64,000 bases of DNA, taken from the NCBI GenBank assembly GCA_965203465.1, contig CBDBCR010000003.1, positions 608,001 through 672,000 of the forward strand. Reading direction: 5' to 3'. Both the position numbers and the translations under genes were made by a program. The DNA comes from Nitrosopumilaceae archaeon (GTDB lineage Archaea; Thermoproteota; Nitrososphaeria; Nitrososphaerales; Nitrosopumilaceae). Under the pieces are notes generated by a model, which was not told the origin of the DNA, searched no databases, and worked only from the letters and a program-made list of their open reading frames with translations. Positions 1 to 9,015 of this stretch are shown one piece after another. Each line of letters begins with the position of its first letter. Within the stretch, counting starts at the first letter, position 1.

Positions 1-1
1 C

Positions 2-1201
2 CGAGCTGGCGATCGTCATCGCCCTGGCGATTTTGACGTTGTCCGCCCCGCCCGAGTCGGTCACCGCCCCGGCGTTCAAATGCAGGTGCGGCGTGGCCAT
101 GCCCTGCACCTTCGTGACGTCCGAGGCCGAAAGCGTGGCAGAGCCGGCGGTTCCCGAGACTGTGCTCAGCGTGCCGCTCACGTCGGTTCCCGAATCGTAC
201 GCCCCCGTGGCGCTGTCGCGTATGTAAAAGGTGCCTGATTTTTTGGTTACCGTCTCGTCGAACGTGACCGACAGGGCCCGCGTGGCGGCGGTCATCTCCG
301 CGGCGGTAAAGATGGGCAGGACGTTCAGCGGCTTTACGATGACGGCGTTTTTTGCTACGACGATATCGGAGTAGTCGTTTCTGAGGCCCGCAAAGGCGCC
401 CGCGTCTACGTACAGGTGCGGGTTGGTGTACCCGGCGAGCGTGTCGCGGTTGGCGTCGGTGAGGATGAACTGTATCTGGTGCCGGGGGTGCGAGCCGGGC
501 AGGCTGGGGGTGTCGGTGGAGCTCAGGTCTATGCCGCTGGTCGCCGACGGACCATCGCGTATGTGGAACTTGGTGGCGTTACTCGAGTGCAGGGTCGTCG
601 GAAAGACCGCGTCGTCGGACTGCGTTTTGTAAGTGCCGTATTCCAAGGATTCGTCTGCTACGATGTGCAGCCTCTTGCTGTCCCTGTCGAACGTGGCGGA
701 GGCGACCTTGGGGGAGGCGGTGTCGTCGCTCCAGACGACGTTGCTGCCCGCGTTCCGGCCCAGCCCCCCGACCTGCCCGAGCGCGGTGCTCGTATCTGCG
801 GACTTTAGCGCCGTGTTCGATATGTAAAGGAGGACGGCAGACTGCGTCATCAGCCTCATGTCCTCCTCCTGCCCCGGCAGGTAGCGTATTAGTACAGAGT
901 TTCCGCTGAACTCTATGGCAGAGCCCGTGATTTGGGAGGCGCCCTTTGTGTTACTGCTGCCGGTGCTCCTGTGGAGCACGATATCCTGCAGCGAATCTGC
1001 TTGGCTGGTATGGACCTGCATCGGGGTGTTGAAGTTTATGGTCAGGGTGGCGGCCCACGTGCCGTCGTTGATCATGTTCATGCTCGCCGCCCTGCCGGTT
1101 GCGGGATCGACCACCGAGGGCACGGTGGCCTCGGCTGCCGGCACCGCCGCGCAGCCTAGCGCCGCGGCCGCTACAACCAACAGGCCCCAAGATCTACCCA
1201 C
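2..1201 (-). CDS. Large secreted/surface protein with internal repeats, N-terminal part (runs off the left edge)
   Basis: Not in the ORF track. Hand translation from GTG 1201 gives VGRSWGLLVVAAAALGCAAVPAAEA (signal peptide) and stays open to the window edge. Ser/Thr/Ala-rich, with repeated units (FHIRDG/FYIRDS; PHLYVDAGAF/PHLHLNAGAV). TATA box upstream. Confidence 0.8.
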   Translation of the reverse strand, partial: MGRSWGLLVVAAAALGCAAVPAAEATVPSVVDPATGRAASMNMINDGTWAATLTINFNTPMQVHTSQADSLQDIVLHRSTGSSNTKGASQITGSAIEFSGNSVLIRYLPGQEEDMRLMTQSAVLLYISNTALKSADTSTALGQVGGLGRNAGSNVVWSDDTASPKVASATFDRDSKRLHIVADESLEYGTYKTQSDDAVFPTTLHSSNATKFHIRDGPSATSGIDLSSTDTPSLPGSHPRHQIQFILTDANRDTLAGYTNPHLYVDAGAFAGLRNDYSDIVVAKNAVIVKPLNVLPIFTAAEMTAATRALSVTFDETVTKKSGTFYIRDSATGAYDSGTDVSGTLSTVSGTAGSATLSASDVTKVQGMATPHLHLNAGAVTDSGGADNVKIARAMTIASS

Positions 1202-1215
1202 CCTCTAGGTCACCG

Positions 1216-1231
1216 CCCCCCCCCCCCCCCC
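1216..1231 (-). repeat. G16 homopolymer between TATA box and start codon
   Basis: 16 consecutive C on the + strand. Confidence 0.95.
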
Positions 1232-1237
1232 GCATAT

Positions 1238-1245
1238 TATATAAA
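1238..1245 (-). promoter_or_regulatory. Archaeal TATA box (TTTATATA) of the surface protein gene
   Basis: Consensus TATA 36 nt upstream of GTG 1201. Confidence 0.75.
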
Positions 1246-1259
1246 CCAAACATGCCCCA

Positions 1260-1750
1260 AACTGTAAGCGGCCGGGTCGCCGATAGGAACAGGTAGAACT
1301 TGCCACAGGCATTCGGGCCCCGCTTGCGCCAGGTCAGCGCGCAGGTCAGGATCCTGCTTAACGCCCCCGCCCAAGTCACGCGGTGCTTGCTGATCAGGCG
1401 CTGTATCACGACGGGGCGGAGCGGCCCGGCGAACCGGTCGCGCAGCGCCGCGCCGGCCCGCAGCGCTTGGCTGCGTACCGCGTCGTCCCCACGCCCACGT
1501 CCGGCCGGGCTTGTCCAGCTCGCCCTTTGCCTTGCCGGCGCTTTTTTGGTTTCGGCCGCTTGTATCTCCAAGTTCACGGACGCCGCCCCGATCGGGCGCC
1601 CGGCGGTGCTTTTTGCCGTGCGCATGCCATGGATTTTGAGCATGCCGCGCACGGCGTCGACTCTTGCCGCACGACATGGTGGGCGCCGCCGGACCCATCG
1701 GCGTGCCGGGTATCTCAGGATCCGGCGCCTGCGTGTGCGCCGCATTCGAC
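1260..1750 (-). pseudogene. Possible heavily decayed IS630-like transposase remnant
   Basis: Fragments in different frames: VRGMLKIHGM, PGRTWAWGRRGTQP (like the IS630 RTWAxxGxxP segment), LRDRFAGPLRPVVIQR. Confidence 0.3.
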
Positions 1751-1873
1751 GCAGGCGTGCGCCGCGCCGCCAAAAACGCCCGCTTGGGGCACGTGTGGAA
1801 AAACACGCCGGATCTGGCAGCTTGCCGTACGCCCGACGCTACCCATATAATCGACCGGGCGCCGCGCGGCGGC

Positions 1874-4555
1874 ATGGACGGAGCTGACGGGGGGCCGGCC
1901 GTGCCGGCTACAGGGGATGTCGTCTATGCGCTGCTGCGCGACAACGCGCCGCTGGTGCGCAAGCTGCTCGAGGCCTCGCCGTTCATAGATCCCCGCGGGC
2001 GCATCGGCGCCCCGCAGGGCGAGTTTTTCTCGGCGTACGGCGAGTTCGACCACGCCGCGACGGCGCTCGGGCAGGTGCAGAACCGGTTCCGCGTCTGGGC
2101 AGAGTCGGTCGTCAACGGGTTCGATTACGGGCTCAACGGCAGCATCGGCGCCCATCCGGGCAGGTTCACGCCCGCCGAGCTGGACTGCGCCAACCTGCTG
2201 TTCTGGCTGGACGGCCTCGAGGAGGCAGGATGCGGCATGCCCGGCGTGCGCGAAGCCGTGGCGCGCATGGACGGCAGCGTCGCCGTCCGGGACGCAGCAG
2301 AGGCCGTAGCCGAGTTTTACGCGCTCCTGCCCGGCGCGGCAAAGGACGCCAAAGCAAGGACCGTGGAAGAGACCGTCGCCCCCCCCCCCCCCCGGCTTGA
2401 GGCGGGCTCGCTGGGGGCCGTCGACGCCCACGCCGCACCGGCAGACGAGTTCCTCGCGCACGTAAAGGGCGAGGCCGGGTGGGCGTTTGAGTTTCTGGTG
2501 CTGCACGGCAGCTATGCGACGGGCGACTATGTGCGCGGCTGCTCGGATCTGGACACGTTCGGGATCCTGCGCGAAGACACCGCCGCGTCGGCAGACGAGC
2601 TGCTGCGCCTGCGCGGCGCGGTGCTGCCCGCCTGGAGGCACCTGTACAGGATAGACCCGCTGCAACACCACGGCGTCATGCTCGCCTCGGCCCAGGACGC
2701 CGGCTTTTACGCGCAGCATTTTTTCCCGCTAGAGCTGTTCGGGCACGCAAAGACGGTCGCGGGCGGGCGCTCGTCGTTTGGCGTGCGCGACGGCAGGTTC
2801 GACGAGCTCGTAATCATGCACCAGACGCTGCACGGCCTGCTCTGCGCCGGGCCGGGGTCGCTCGACGCCCTGTCCGTCCACCGGCTCAAGTGGCGCCTAC
2901 AGCTCGTCCTGCTGCTGCCGGCCCTGTCGTTCATGACGGAGGGGCGCTACATGTACAAGCGCGACTCGTTCAAAGAGATCGAAAAGGCGCTCGACGGGGA
3001 CGAGCTGCGCTCGCTGCGCGCGTGCAGCCGGGCACGCAGCGAAAACATGTACGGCGAGAGCGAGTTTGCCTGGAATCCGGACGGCGAGATCGGCGCCCAG
3101 CTGTCCGCCTACCGGGAAAGCGTGCTGGACGGGCCGCCTCCCCCGGCCCTCGCAGCCGCGGTGGACGACGGCTTTTTGCAAGGCCTGCGCGACTTGGCCG
3201 CGCGCCTGGCGGCCAGGATGATATCCGGGCTATTCGGCAAGAGGTACCCGTACATGCAGGCCGCCTTCGAATGGGAGGACGGGCCGTCGCCGGCCGAACC
3301 GCGCGAGTACGACGAGGCCGCAGCGTCGATAGCCGCCAAGATCTCCGCAAGGTACCGCAATGTCTCGGTGCTCCGCCACGGGGGCGTGGAGGCGCCCGGG
3401 ATATCGGATCTCGACCTAGTCGTGCTCGTGGATGGCCCGACCGACGCGGGGAATCTGGCAGAGGACTGGGAGGGCATGCTCGATTCGCGCCAAAAGTACC
3501 TGTGCTCCCACGCCCCGTTCATGATACCGGCCGGGCTGCTCGGGCGCATCCAGGAGGTGTGGCCGGTGAGCCGCCTCGCCGAGCCGGACGGCTCGCCGGT
3601 CGGCGGCGTCCCGTACGAGCCCGACTGGAAGGCCCACGTGCCCACCTTGGCGGAGCTGTACGTGTTCGTCAACCCGCTCGCCGGATATTGCGAGGCGTTC
3701 GCGACCGGAAGGATCGGGGAGCGCGCCGCGCTCTCGGCCCTAAAGTCTCTGACGTACACGCTGGCCATACTCGGAGCAAACGGCGCCGAGCTGGGCGCGG
3801 GGTTCGGAAAGGAGGTAGACGGCCTGCGCGCGTCCTGGTTCGGCGCGGACGTGGCGGCGCGCAGGACGCACCTGCTTGACCTGTATGTCAGGTCGCTCGG
3901 AATACACCTGGGCGCCATGGAAGCAGTCCGCCGCAGGATGGCTCGGGACGCGGGGCGCGCGTCCCGCGTCGCCGGATCCGCGTTCGATCAGATCGCGTTC
4001 GTGCCGGACTGGTCGCCGCAGGCGGCCCTGGACTGCATCTCCGAGCAGATGTACAGGGCCGATTCCCACCTCCAGGCGATGCCGGCAGAGTTTCTGGCGC
4101 AGCTTTGCGCGTACGCAGGCCGGCCCGGCCCGCTCTCGCGGTACCTGTCGGGGCACGTCGAGCGCAGCCCGGATCAGGAGGCCGCGCCCGGAGGGCCGTC
4201 CGAGCGCCGCGCGGCCCTGCTGGACGGGGCCCTGAGGGATCTGGAGGGCATGGGCGTAAAGACCCCGGTGCTCCCCGCGTTCGCGGTCAGGGAGGCCCCC
4301 GACTACGGCGGCATGCGGCGCCACCTGATGTCCATGGTCTCCGATCCGGGCGGGGCCGCGCGGGCGGCCTGCAGGGCCGAGCGCGCCCATTACGAGCTGC
4401 GCGGGGAGAACGCGCAAGAGCTGCGCCGGAGCCGCGACGGGCTGTCCGAGACGCTCGAGGGCATATACGCGAGCAGGACGTGGCGGGCGCTGCGCGCGCT
4501 CGACTCCGTTGCCGAAAAGATGCCCTTCCGCCCCTCGGGGCGGCGCGGTTCCTAG
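1874..4555 (+). CDS. Protein with two Pol-beta-like nucleotidyltransferase domains and a C-terminal coiled-coil/amphipathic tail
   Basis: Motifs LHGSYATGDYVRGCSDLDTF and HGGVEAPGISDLDLVV; tail LEGIYASRTWRALRAL. ATG 1874 lies about 25 nt after CATATAAT. Confidence 0.7.
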   Translation: MDGADGGPAVPATGDVVYALLRDNAPLVRKLLEASPFIDPRGRIGAPQGEFFSAYGEFDHAATALGQVQNRFRVWAESVVNGFDYGLNGSIGAHPGRFTPAELDCANLLFWLDGLEEAGCGMPGVREAVARMDGSVAVRDAAEAVAEFYALLPGAAKDAKARTVEETVAPPPPRLEAGSLGAVDAHAAPADEFLAHVKGEAGWAFEFLVLHGSYATGDYVRGCSDLDTFGILREDTAASADELLRLRGAVLPAWRHLYRIDPLQHHGVMLASAQDAGFYAQHFFPLELFGHAKTVAGGRSSFGVRDGRFDELVIMHQTLHGLLCAGPGSLDALSVHRLKWRLQLVLLLPALSFMTEGRYMYKRDSFKEIEKALDGDELRSLRACSRARSENMYGESEFAWNPDGEIGAQLSAYRESVLDGPPPPALAAAVDDGFLQGLRDLAARLAARMISGLFGKRYPYMQAAFEWEDGPSPAEPREYDEAAASIAAKISARYRNVSVLRHGGVEAPGISDLDLVVLVDGPTDAGNLAEDWEGMLDSRQKYLCSHAPFMIPAGLLGRIQEVWPVSRLAEPDGSPVGGVPYEPDWKAHVPTLAELYVFVNPLAGYCEAFATGRIGERAALSALKSLTYTLAILGANGAELGAGFGKEVDGLRASWFGADVAARRTHLLDLYVRSLGIHLGAMEAVRRRMARDAGRASRVAGSAFDQIAFVPDWSPQAALDCISEQMYRADSHLQAMPAEFLAQLCAYAGRPGPLSRYLSGHVERSPDQEAAPGGPSERRAALLDGALRDLEGMGVKTPVLPAFAVREAPDYGGMRRHLMSMVSDPGGAARAACRAERAHYELRGENAQELRRSRDGLSETLEGIYASRTWRALRALDSVAEKMPFRPSGRRGS
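2379..2393 (+). repeat. C15 homopolymer inside the CDS (encodes APPPPPR)
   Basis: 15 consecutive C, upstream of both NTase motifs. Confidence 0.95.
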
Positions 4556-4653
4556 CCGCTGGTCTTCCCGGCAGGCAAGGCGTACGCGAAGCCGCGCACT
4601 GCAAAAACCGGGCCGGCCGCAAGGACTATTTGGATCGTCCCCCCGAGACCGGC

Positions 4654-4953
4654 ATGGACGCGGGCGAGGCTGCAAAGATGCTGCTTGCCGGCGCCACGCT
4701 GGCCGCGCAGCCCTGCCCGTACTGCGGCGGCGTGCGCGTCATAAAGGACGGCGACGCGTTCTGCACCGGGTGCAATAGCGCCCCGGCCGAGGGCCCCGCG
4801 CGCACGGGCGGGGCCGCCGAGGCGCTCGAGAGGAGCATAAGCGAGCTCTCGCTGAAAGTCGCCGCCGAGACCGACGGGGCAAGGCGCGCAGAGCTGGTCT
4901 CGTCCATAGACCGGCTCTCCTCGGCGCTCGAGAGGTTGCGCAAGACAGGTTAA
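4654..4953 (+). CDS. Zn-ribbon protein, Sjogren/scleroderma autoantigen p27 (UPF0148) family
   Basis: MLLAGATLAAQPCPYCGG...CTGC, helical C-terminus. Confidence 0.75.
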   Translation: MDAGEAAKMLLAGATLAAQPCPYCGGVRVIKDGDAFCTGCNSAPAEGPARTGGAAEALERSISELSLKVAAETDGARRAELVSSIDRLSSALERLRKTG

Positions 4954-4962
4954 TATTGTATT

Positions 4963-6339
4963 ATGGCAGAATGCGCCACTATGTGGGCGGTCTTTGTAGC
5001 AGCGGCGCTGGTCGCGGTTGCAGGCATCGCCGCGCCGGCCATGGGCGCCCAGTTGATAGCGTCGGTCAACCCGAGCGCCGGCGAATCCGAGTTCAACATG
5101 AGGTACCTGAGCACCGTCTCGGTCCAGTACCCCGACGGCGGCCAGGTCGCCGACCTGCTGCGCGGCCACCAGGCCCAGATGTCCGCGTTCGTGGCAGCCG
5201 GCACGCCCGAATCCGAGGCGGTGGCCGAGATGATCACGGCCACGATGCTGGCCAACGGCAGCCAGGCGCGCGTGCAGGACATCGACGTAGAGTACACGGC
5301 CACCCTGCAGGGCAGGCAAGACGCCGCCTCGATAGACTACAAGGTCGAGATAGACGGGACCCTTGCGGGCTACGTCATACGCCCGCTGGAGGGCAGCAAC
5401 CCGGCCGTAGTCGACATGGGCTGGAGGGACATGAGCGTAAGCGGGCCGGTCATGCTGGGCGGCACCGAGATAAACATCCCCATGTCGTTCATAGAGGCCG
5501 AGGTGCCCGGGCTCGCGAGGGCCATGTCCGGCTCCGAGGCAGAGGCGCTACTGCGCGCTCCGCTCATGGATTCTTCTTTCATACTAGAGCAGCCGCTGGC
5601 CAACTGGCACTCGCTGTTCGATCCCACGGGGGTGAACGTGGACGCCGCTACGTTCGGCATCAGCGACGAGATAGCCGGGTTCGTCGTCACCGCGTACACC
5701 ATGGGCGAGAGCAGCTTTAGGGAGGGCATACAGATAGAAAGGATACAGAACGCGCCGTTTGAGGCCGACCGCGAGTACAACGTAAAGGTGACGCAGTCGG
5801 CCGACAACGGGAACGTCGGCGTGATCGGCTTTGCGCAGCTCGATTCCATAGACGGCCTGGAGATAGTCGGGGTGTTCCCGACGGCTCCGGCCAACACGGC
5901 CGACACGTCGACGGGCGACTTTCCGGTGTTCATCATGTACGGCATGGCCGGGGTGGCCGCGGTAGGCGCCGTGGCGTTCTTTGCGTTCAGCAGCAGGCAG
6001 ATGAAAAAGGAACAGGGCCAGGGCCAGACCGGCATAGACCCCTCGAGGCTGGTCGGCCGCCAGACTAGCGAGAGCTCCGGGGGCTACCACACAAACCGCG
6101 GCGAGGCCCAGCTTGCCGAAGAATCTCAGTACCAAAAGACCAGGAGCGTCTACGACGACCCCGACGCGGGCGAGCAGCCCAGCCTGCCAGCCGAGCCGTC
6201 CCAAGAGGCGGCGTGCGGGTGCGCCGCCTCGGCCGAGATGGGCTCCGAGTGCGACTGCCAGATGCAGGGCTCGTGCCTGTGCGATTCGTCGTGCGGGTGC
6301 GCGATCGAGGTGTGCGTAGAGCACGCTCGCGAGTTTTAG
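4963..6339 (+). CDS. Membrane-anchored hypothetical protein with Cys-rich C-terminal tail
   Basis: Signal peptide, TM helix (FPVFIMYGMAGVAAVGAVAFFAF), tail CGC..CDC..CLC..CGC..C. Confidence 0.75.
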   Translation: MAECATMWAVFVAAALVAVAGIAAPAMGAQLIASVNPSAGESEFNMRYLSTVSVQYPDGGQVADLLRGHQAQMSAFVAAGTPESEAVAEMITATMLANGSQARVQDIDVEYTATLQGRQDAASIDYKVEIDGTLAGYVIRPLEGSNPAVVDMGWRDMSVSGPVMLGGTEINIPMSFIEAEVPGLARAMSGSEAEALLRAPLMDSSFILEQPLANWHSLFDPTGVNVDAATFGISDEIAGFVVTAYTMGESSFREGIQIERIQNAPFEADREYNVKVTQSADNGNVGVIGFAQLDSIDGLEIVGVFPTAPANTADTSTGDFPVFIMYGMAGVAAVGAVAFFAFSSRQMKKEQGQGQTGIDPSRLVGRQTSESSGGYHTNRGEAQLAEESQYQKTRSVYDDPDAGEQPSLPAEPSQEAACGCAASAEMGSECDCQMQGSCLCDSSCGCAIEVCVEHAREF

Positions 6340-6623
6340 TGGCGTGCTGGGAGTAACCCTCCTCTTGTTTTCCGCGGCATTTCGCTTTGCGGCCCACCCC
6401 GACCGGGCACGGGCACCCGAGGTCGCGTTCGGCCTTGCTCCGCGCGGGTCGGACCTTCCACTCCGCCTCCCGGGAACCTCAGGCTCTTGCCATCACCGTG
6501 CCCCGGGCCGGATTGCTTTCTGTTCCGTCGCCGGCCGTCTCCGGCCGCCCGTCTCCGGGCCGCGCATCCCGTGAGGAGGAAGGAGTTTCCTCTGCCACAG
6601 CAGCGCTCGCGCTCCAGCTCGCC
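6340..6623 (-). ncRNA. rnpB: Archaeal RNase P RNA
   Basis: Minus strand has GAGGAAACTCC (CR-I), ACAGAAA, GGAGCAAG and AACAAGAGGAGGGTTA (CR-V). Terminal P1 pairing GGCGAGCTGG/CCAGCACGCC. Confidence 0.88.
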
Positions 6624-6670
6624 GGCGCGGCGCGGCAAATCCTCTTATTTGAAAGTGTCCCCCCGGCAGC

Positions 6671-7288
6671 GTGGACGCCGGGCGCGCCTTTGACCGGTGG
6701 GCGCGCGACGGGCGCGCCGAAAGGATGGAGCGCGGCCACTCCGGGACCGCCGTCCCGTTCCTGCGCCGGACGCTGCCAGGCGGCCGCTTTTCGTTCCTCG
6801 ACGTGGGGTGCGGCAACGGGTGGGCCTGCCGGCTGGCAGCCTCGCACGCGCGCTGCTCGCGCGCCGTCGGCATAGACGCCAGCGCCGGGATGGTGCGCCG
6901 CGCGCGGGCGCGCGCCTCGCCCAAGGAATCCTACGAGGTCTCCGAGATATCCGCGTGGAAGACGCGCAGAAGGTTCGACTATGCGTTCGCCATGGAATCG
7001 ATATACTACGCGGCCTCGCCGGCCGCGGCCGTCGCGCGCGTCTTTGGGCTCTTGCGGCCCGGCGGCGCGTTCGCGTGCGGGACGGACTTTTACGCCGAGA
7101 ACGCGGCCACGCGCAGGTGGGCGCGCACGACCGGCCTGCCCATGCACCTGCTCTCGCGCAGGCGGTGGAAAAAGACGTTCGAGGAGGCAGGATTCGAGGC
7201 GCGCACCGTCTCGGTCCGCGACCCCTCCTCGCCCGAGGCCTGGAAGCGCGACATGGGCACGCTCTTCGTGATCGGCTCCAAAGAGTGA
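6671..7288 (+). CDS. Class I SAM-dependent methyltransferase
   Basis: FLDVGCGNGW motif I, GIDAS, FDYAFAMESIYY. Confidence 0.85.
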   Translation: MDAGRAFDRWARDGRAERMERGHSGTAVPFLRRTLPGGRFSFLDVGCGNGWACRLAASHARCSRAVGIDASAGMVRRARARASPKESYEVSEISAWKTRRRFDYAFAMESIYYAASPAAAVARVFGLLRPGGAFACGTDFYAENAATRRWARTTGLPMHLLSRRRWKKTFEEAGFEARTVSVRDPSSPEAWKRDMGTLFVIGSKE

Positions 7289-7363
7289 GGCGTTGCCGGC
7301 CAGGGCCGCGGCTAGGCCGCCGCGGCAGCTGCTTTCCAGATTGCGTTTTGTGCCACTGCGGGA

Positions 7364-8722
7364 TCAGGGCGCGGCGTCTTTGGGCGACGGATCCGACACC
7401 TCCCCCATGAACAGCACCAAGCCGCTCTGCTCGTCGTATATGGCAAACAGGAACGGCCGGTCGGCGTTGAAGTGGGGCGGCATGGATTCAATCGCAATCA
7501 CGATCGTAGTGACGGCCGCCGCCTCGGTCCCCTCTTCGTTCACCTTTACGTACGCGTCGTGCTTTGCCTTGTCGACGTAAAGGTTGCCTCGCAGAAGAGA
7601 AAGGTCGGCGATCCCGCTCAGATCTGCAAGTCTCTTATCAAAGGCGTCGGGCATCCCCATCTGTATGAGGCTGGATTTCAAATCGTAGCCCGTCTTGATC
7701 TCGAATTTTGGCAGCGACACCACGACCTCTTGCGGCGCCAGCATCCCGATATACTCGGACATTTTCCCGGCGGACAGTTCCAGTTGTTCGAGGCCGCCCT
7801 GCCCGCTAGGCAGCACAGCCAGCATGGAGAGCCTGTCCCCTTCGTACGGCAGCCGGAGAACTTGGGCGTCCCCCGTGTCGGCATAGTCAAATATGTCCGT
7901 CACGTGCATAAAGTCCGCGTCGACGACGTCCTTCCCGTCTTTCCAAAACTGGCCCTCTCGCGTGTTTTCTTTGGGGAACTGTACAAGCCAAGTCCCCTTG
8001 AAGTAGACGGCGTTGGTGATCACAGCGGCGGTGTCCCTGTCGACGTCCCTGTCGGACAGCACCTTTTGGATCTTGTCGCGCGTCTTTTCGGCGGCCCAGG
8101 CGTTCACCTTTTTGACGCCGGGTTTTCCCTCCCCCGCAAAGTCGACTTTTTCGGCCGTGGCAAGGTACGTCCGGCGCGCTATGTCCAGGTACTGCTCGTA
8201 CGGCTCGAACCAGTCCGCCAGCCACAGCGCGTTGGCCATCTCCAGTACCGCGTGCGGGTCTTCGGCGTTGAGCGCGGCCATCATGTGCGCGGAGGCCGCG
8301 TGACGTGTCGCAGCGTCCGGCTCGAACCCGAACACGCCCAGCATCTGCTCTGCCGTGCTGCCGCGCGCCCCCTCGTACAGCACGGAAAAGGCGGCATAGA
8401 TGCTGACCGGCGAGAAAAAGATGTTGGTTTCTTTCTCGGGCTCTTCTGAGTCCTCTCGTTCCTCGGACGCTTTTCTGTAAAAGTCAAAGGCGAATTCGTT
8501 GACCGATTCTGCAATACGCGGGAGCACCTCGGGCGAGCCGATGTCAGACGCGGATAGCACCTCGACGGGTTCGGGAGGTTCACTTGCAGGATCCTGCGCC
8601 ACTTTCGGCGCGGGCGCCGGCGGCGCGTCGGACGGCCCCGGAGAACTTTCAAGCGCGAACGCAAAGACGGCGACCGACGCCGCGGCCGCGATCGCAAGCA
8701 AGGCGACATGGACGCCCTTCAT
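7364..8722 (-). CDS. Serpin (serine protease inhibitor) with N-terminal signal/anchor
   Basis: NIFFSPVSI, NAVYFKGTW, LPKFEI, hinge VNEEGTEAAAVT, FNADRPFLFAI. Confidence 0.95.
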   Translation of the reverse strand: MKGVHVALLAIAAAASVAVFAFALESSPGPSDAPPAPAPKVAQDPASEPPEPVEVLSASDIGSPEVLPRIAESVNEFAFDFYRKASEEREDSEEPEKETNIFFSPVSIYAAFSVLYEGARGSTAEQMLGVFGFEPDAATRHAASAHMMAALNAEDPHAVLEMANALWLADWFEPYEQYLDIARRTYLATAEKVDFAGEGKPGVKKVNAWAAEKTRDKIQKVLSDRDVDRDTAAVITNAVYFKGTWLVQFPKENTREGQFWKDGKDVVDADFMHVTDIFDYADTGDAQVLRLPYEGDRLSMLAVLPSGQGGLEQLELSAGKMSEYIGMLAPQEVVVSLPKFEIKTGYDLKSSLIQMGMPDAFDKRLADLSGIADLSLLRGNLYVDKAKHDAYVKVNEEGTEAAAVTTIVIAIESMPPHFNADRPFLFAIYDEQSGLVLFMGEVSDPSPKDAAP

Positions 8723-9015
8723 AGTACCGCCGCCGGCTGTTCGCGCCCGGGCTCTACGCCCGAAGGCACCGGACGAGACGCGCGCGCCGGGCCGCGGTAC
8801 TGCCTGCAGGCGGGCGCGATCGGGATCAACGCTTAGGCCGGGGCCCGCTGCGTTATAACGTAATCAGAGGTTTCTTGCGCAAGCTGCCCGGCCCGCGCCC
8901 GCTGCGCGCGGCGAATCCAGGCGGCGCCGGCAGGGGCAGCCTTTACGCCCGTTCTACAGAACCAAAAGTACGAGTCCTTCCCAAGGCTTAATTACGAGCG
9001 CGGCGCCGTCGGCCC

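Noticed and set aside
1664-1873. N-terminal extension of the NTase ORF from TTG 1664
   Set aside because: A TATA-like box sits just upstream of ATG 1874 and the extension overlaps a probable IS remnant
6336-6693. Short ORFs between the membrane protein and the methyltransferase
   Set aside because: The region is explained by RNase P RNA
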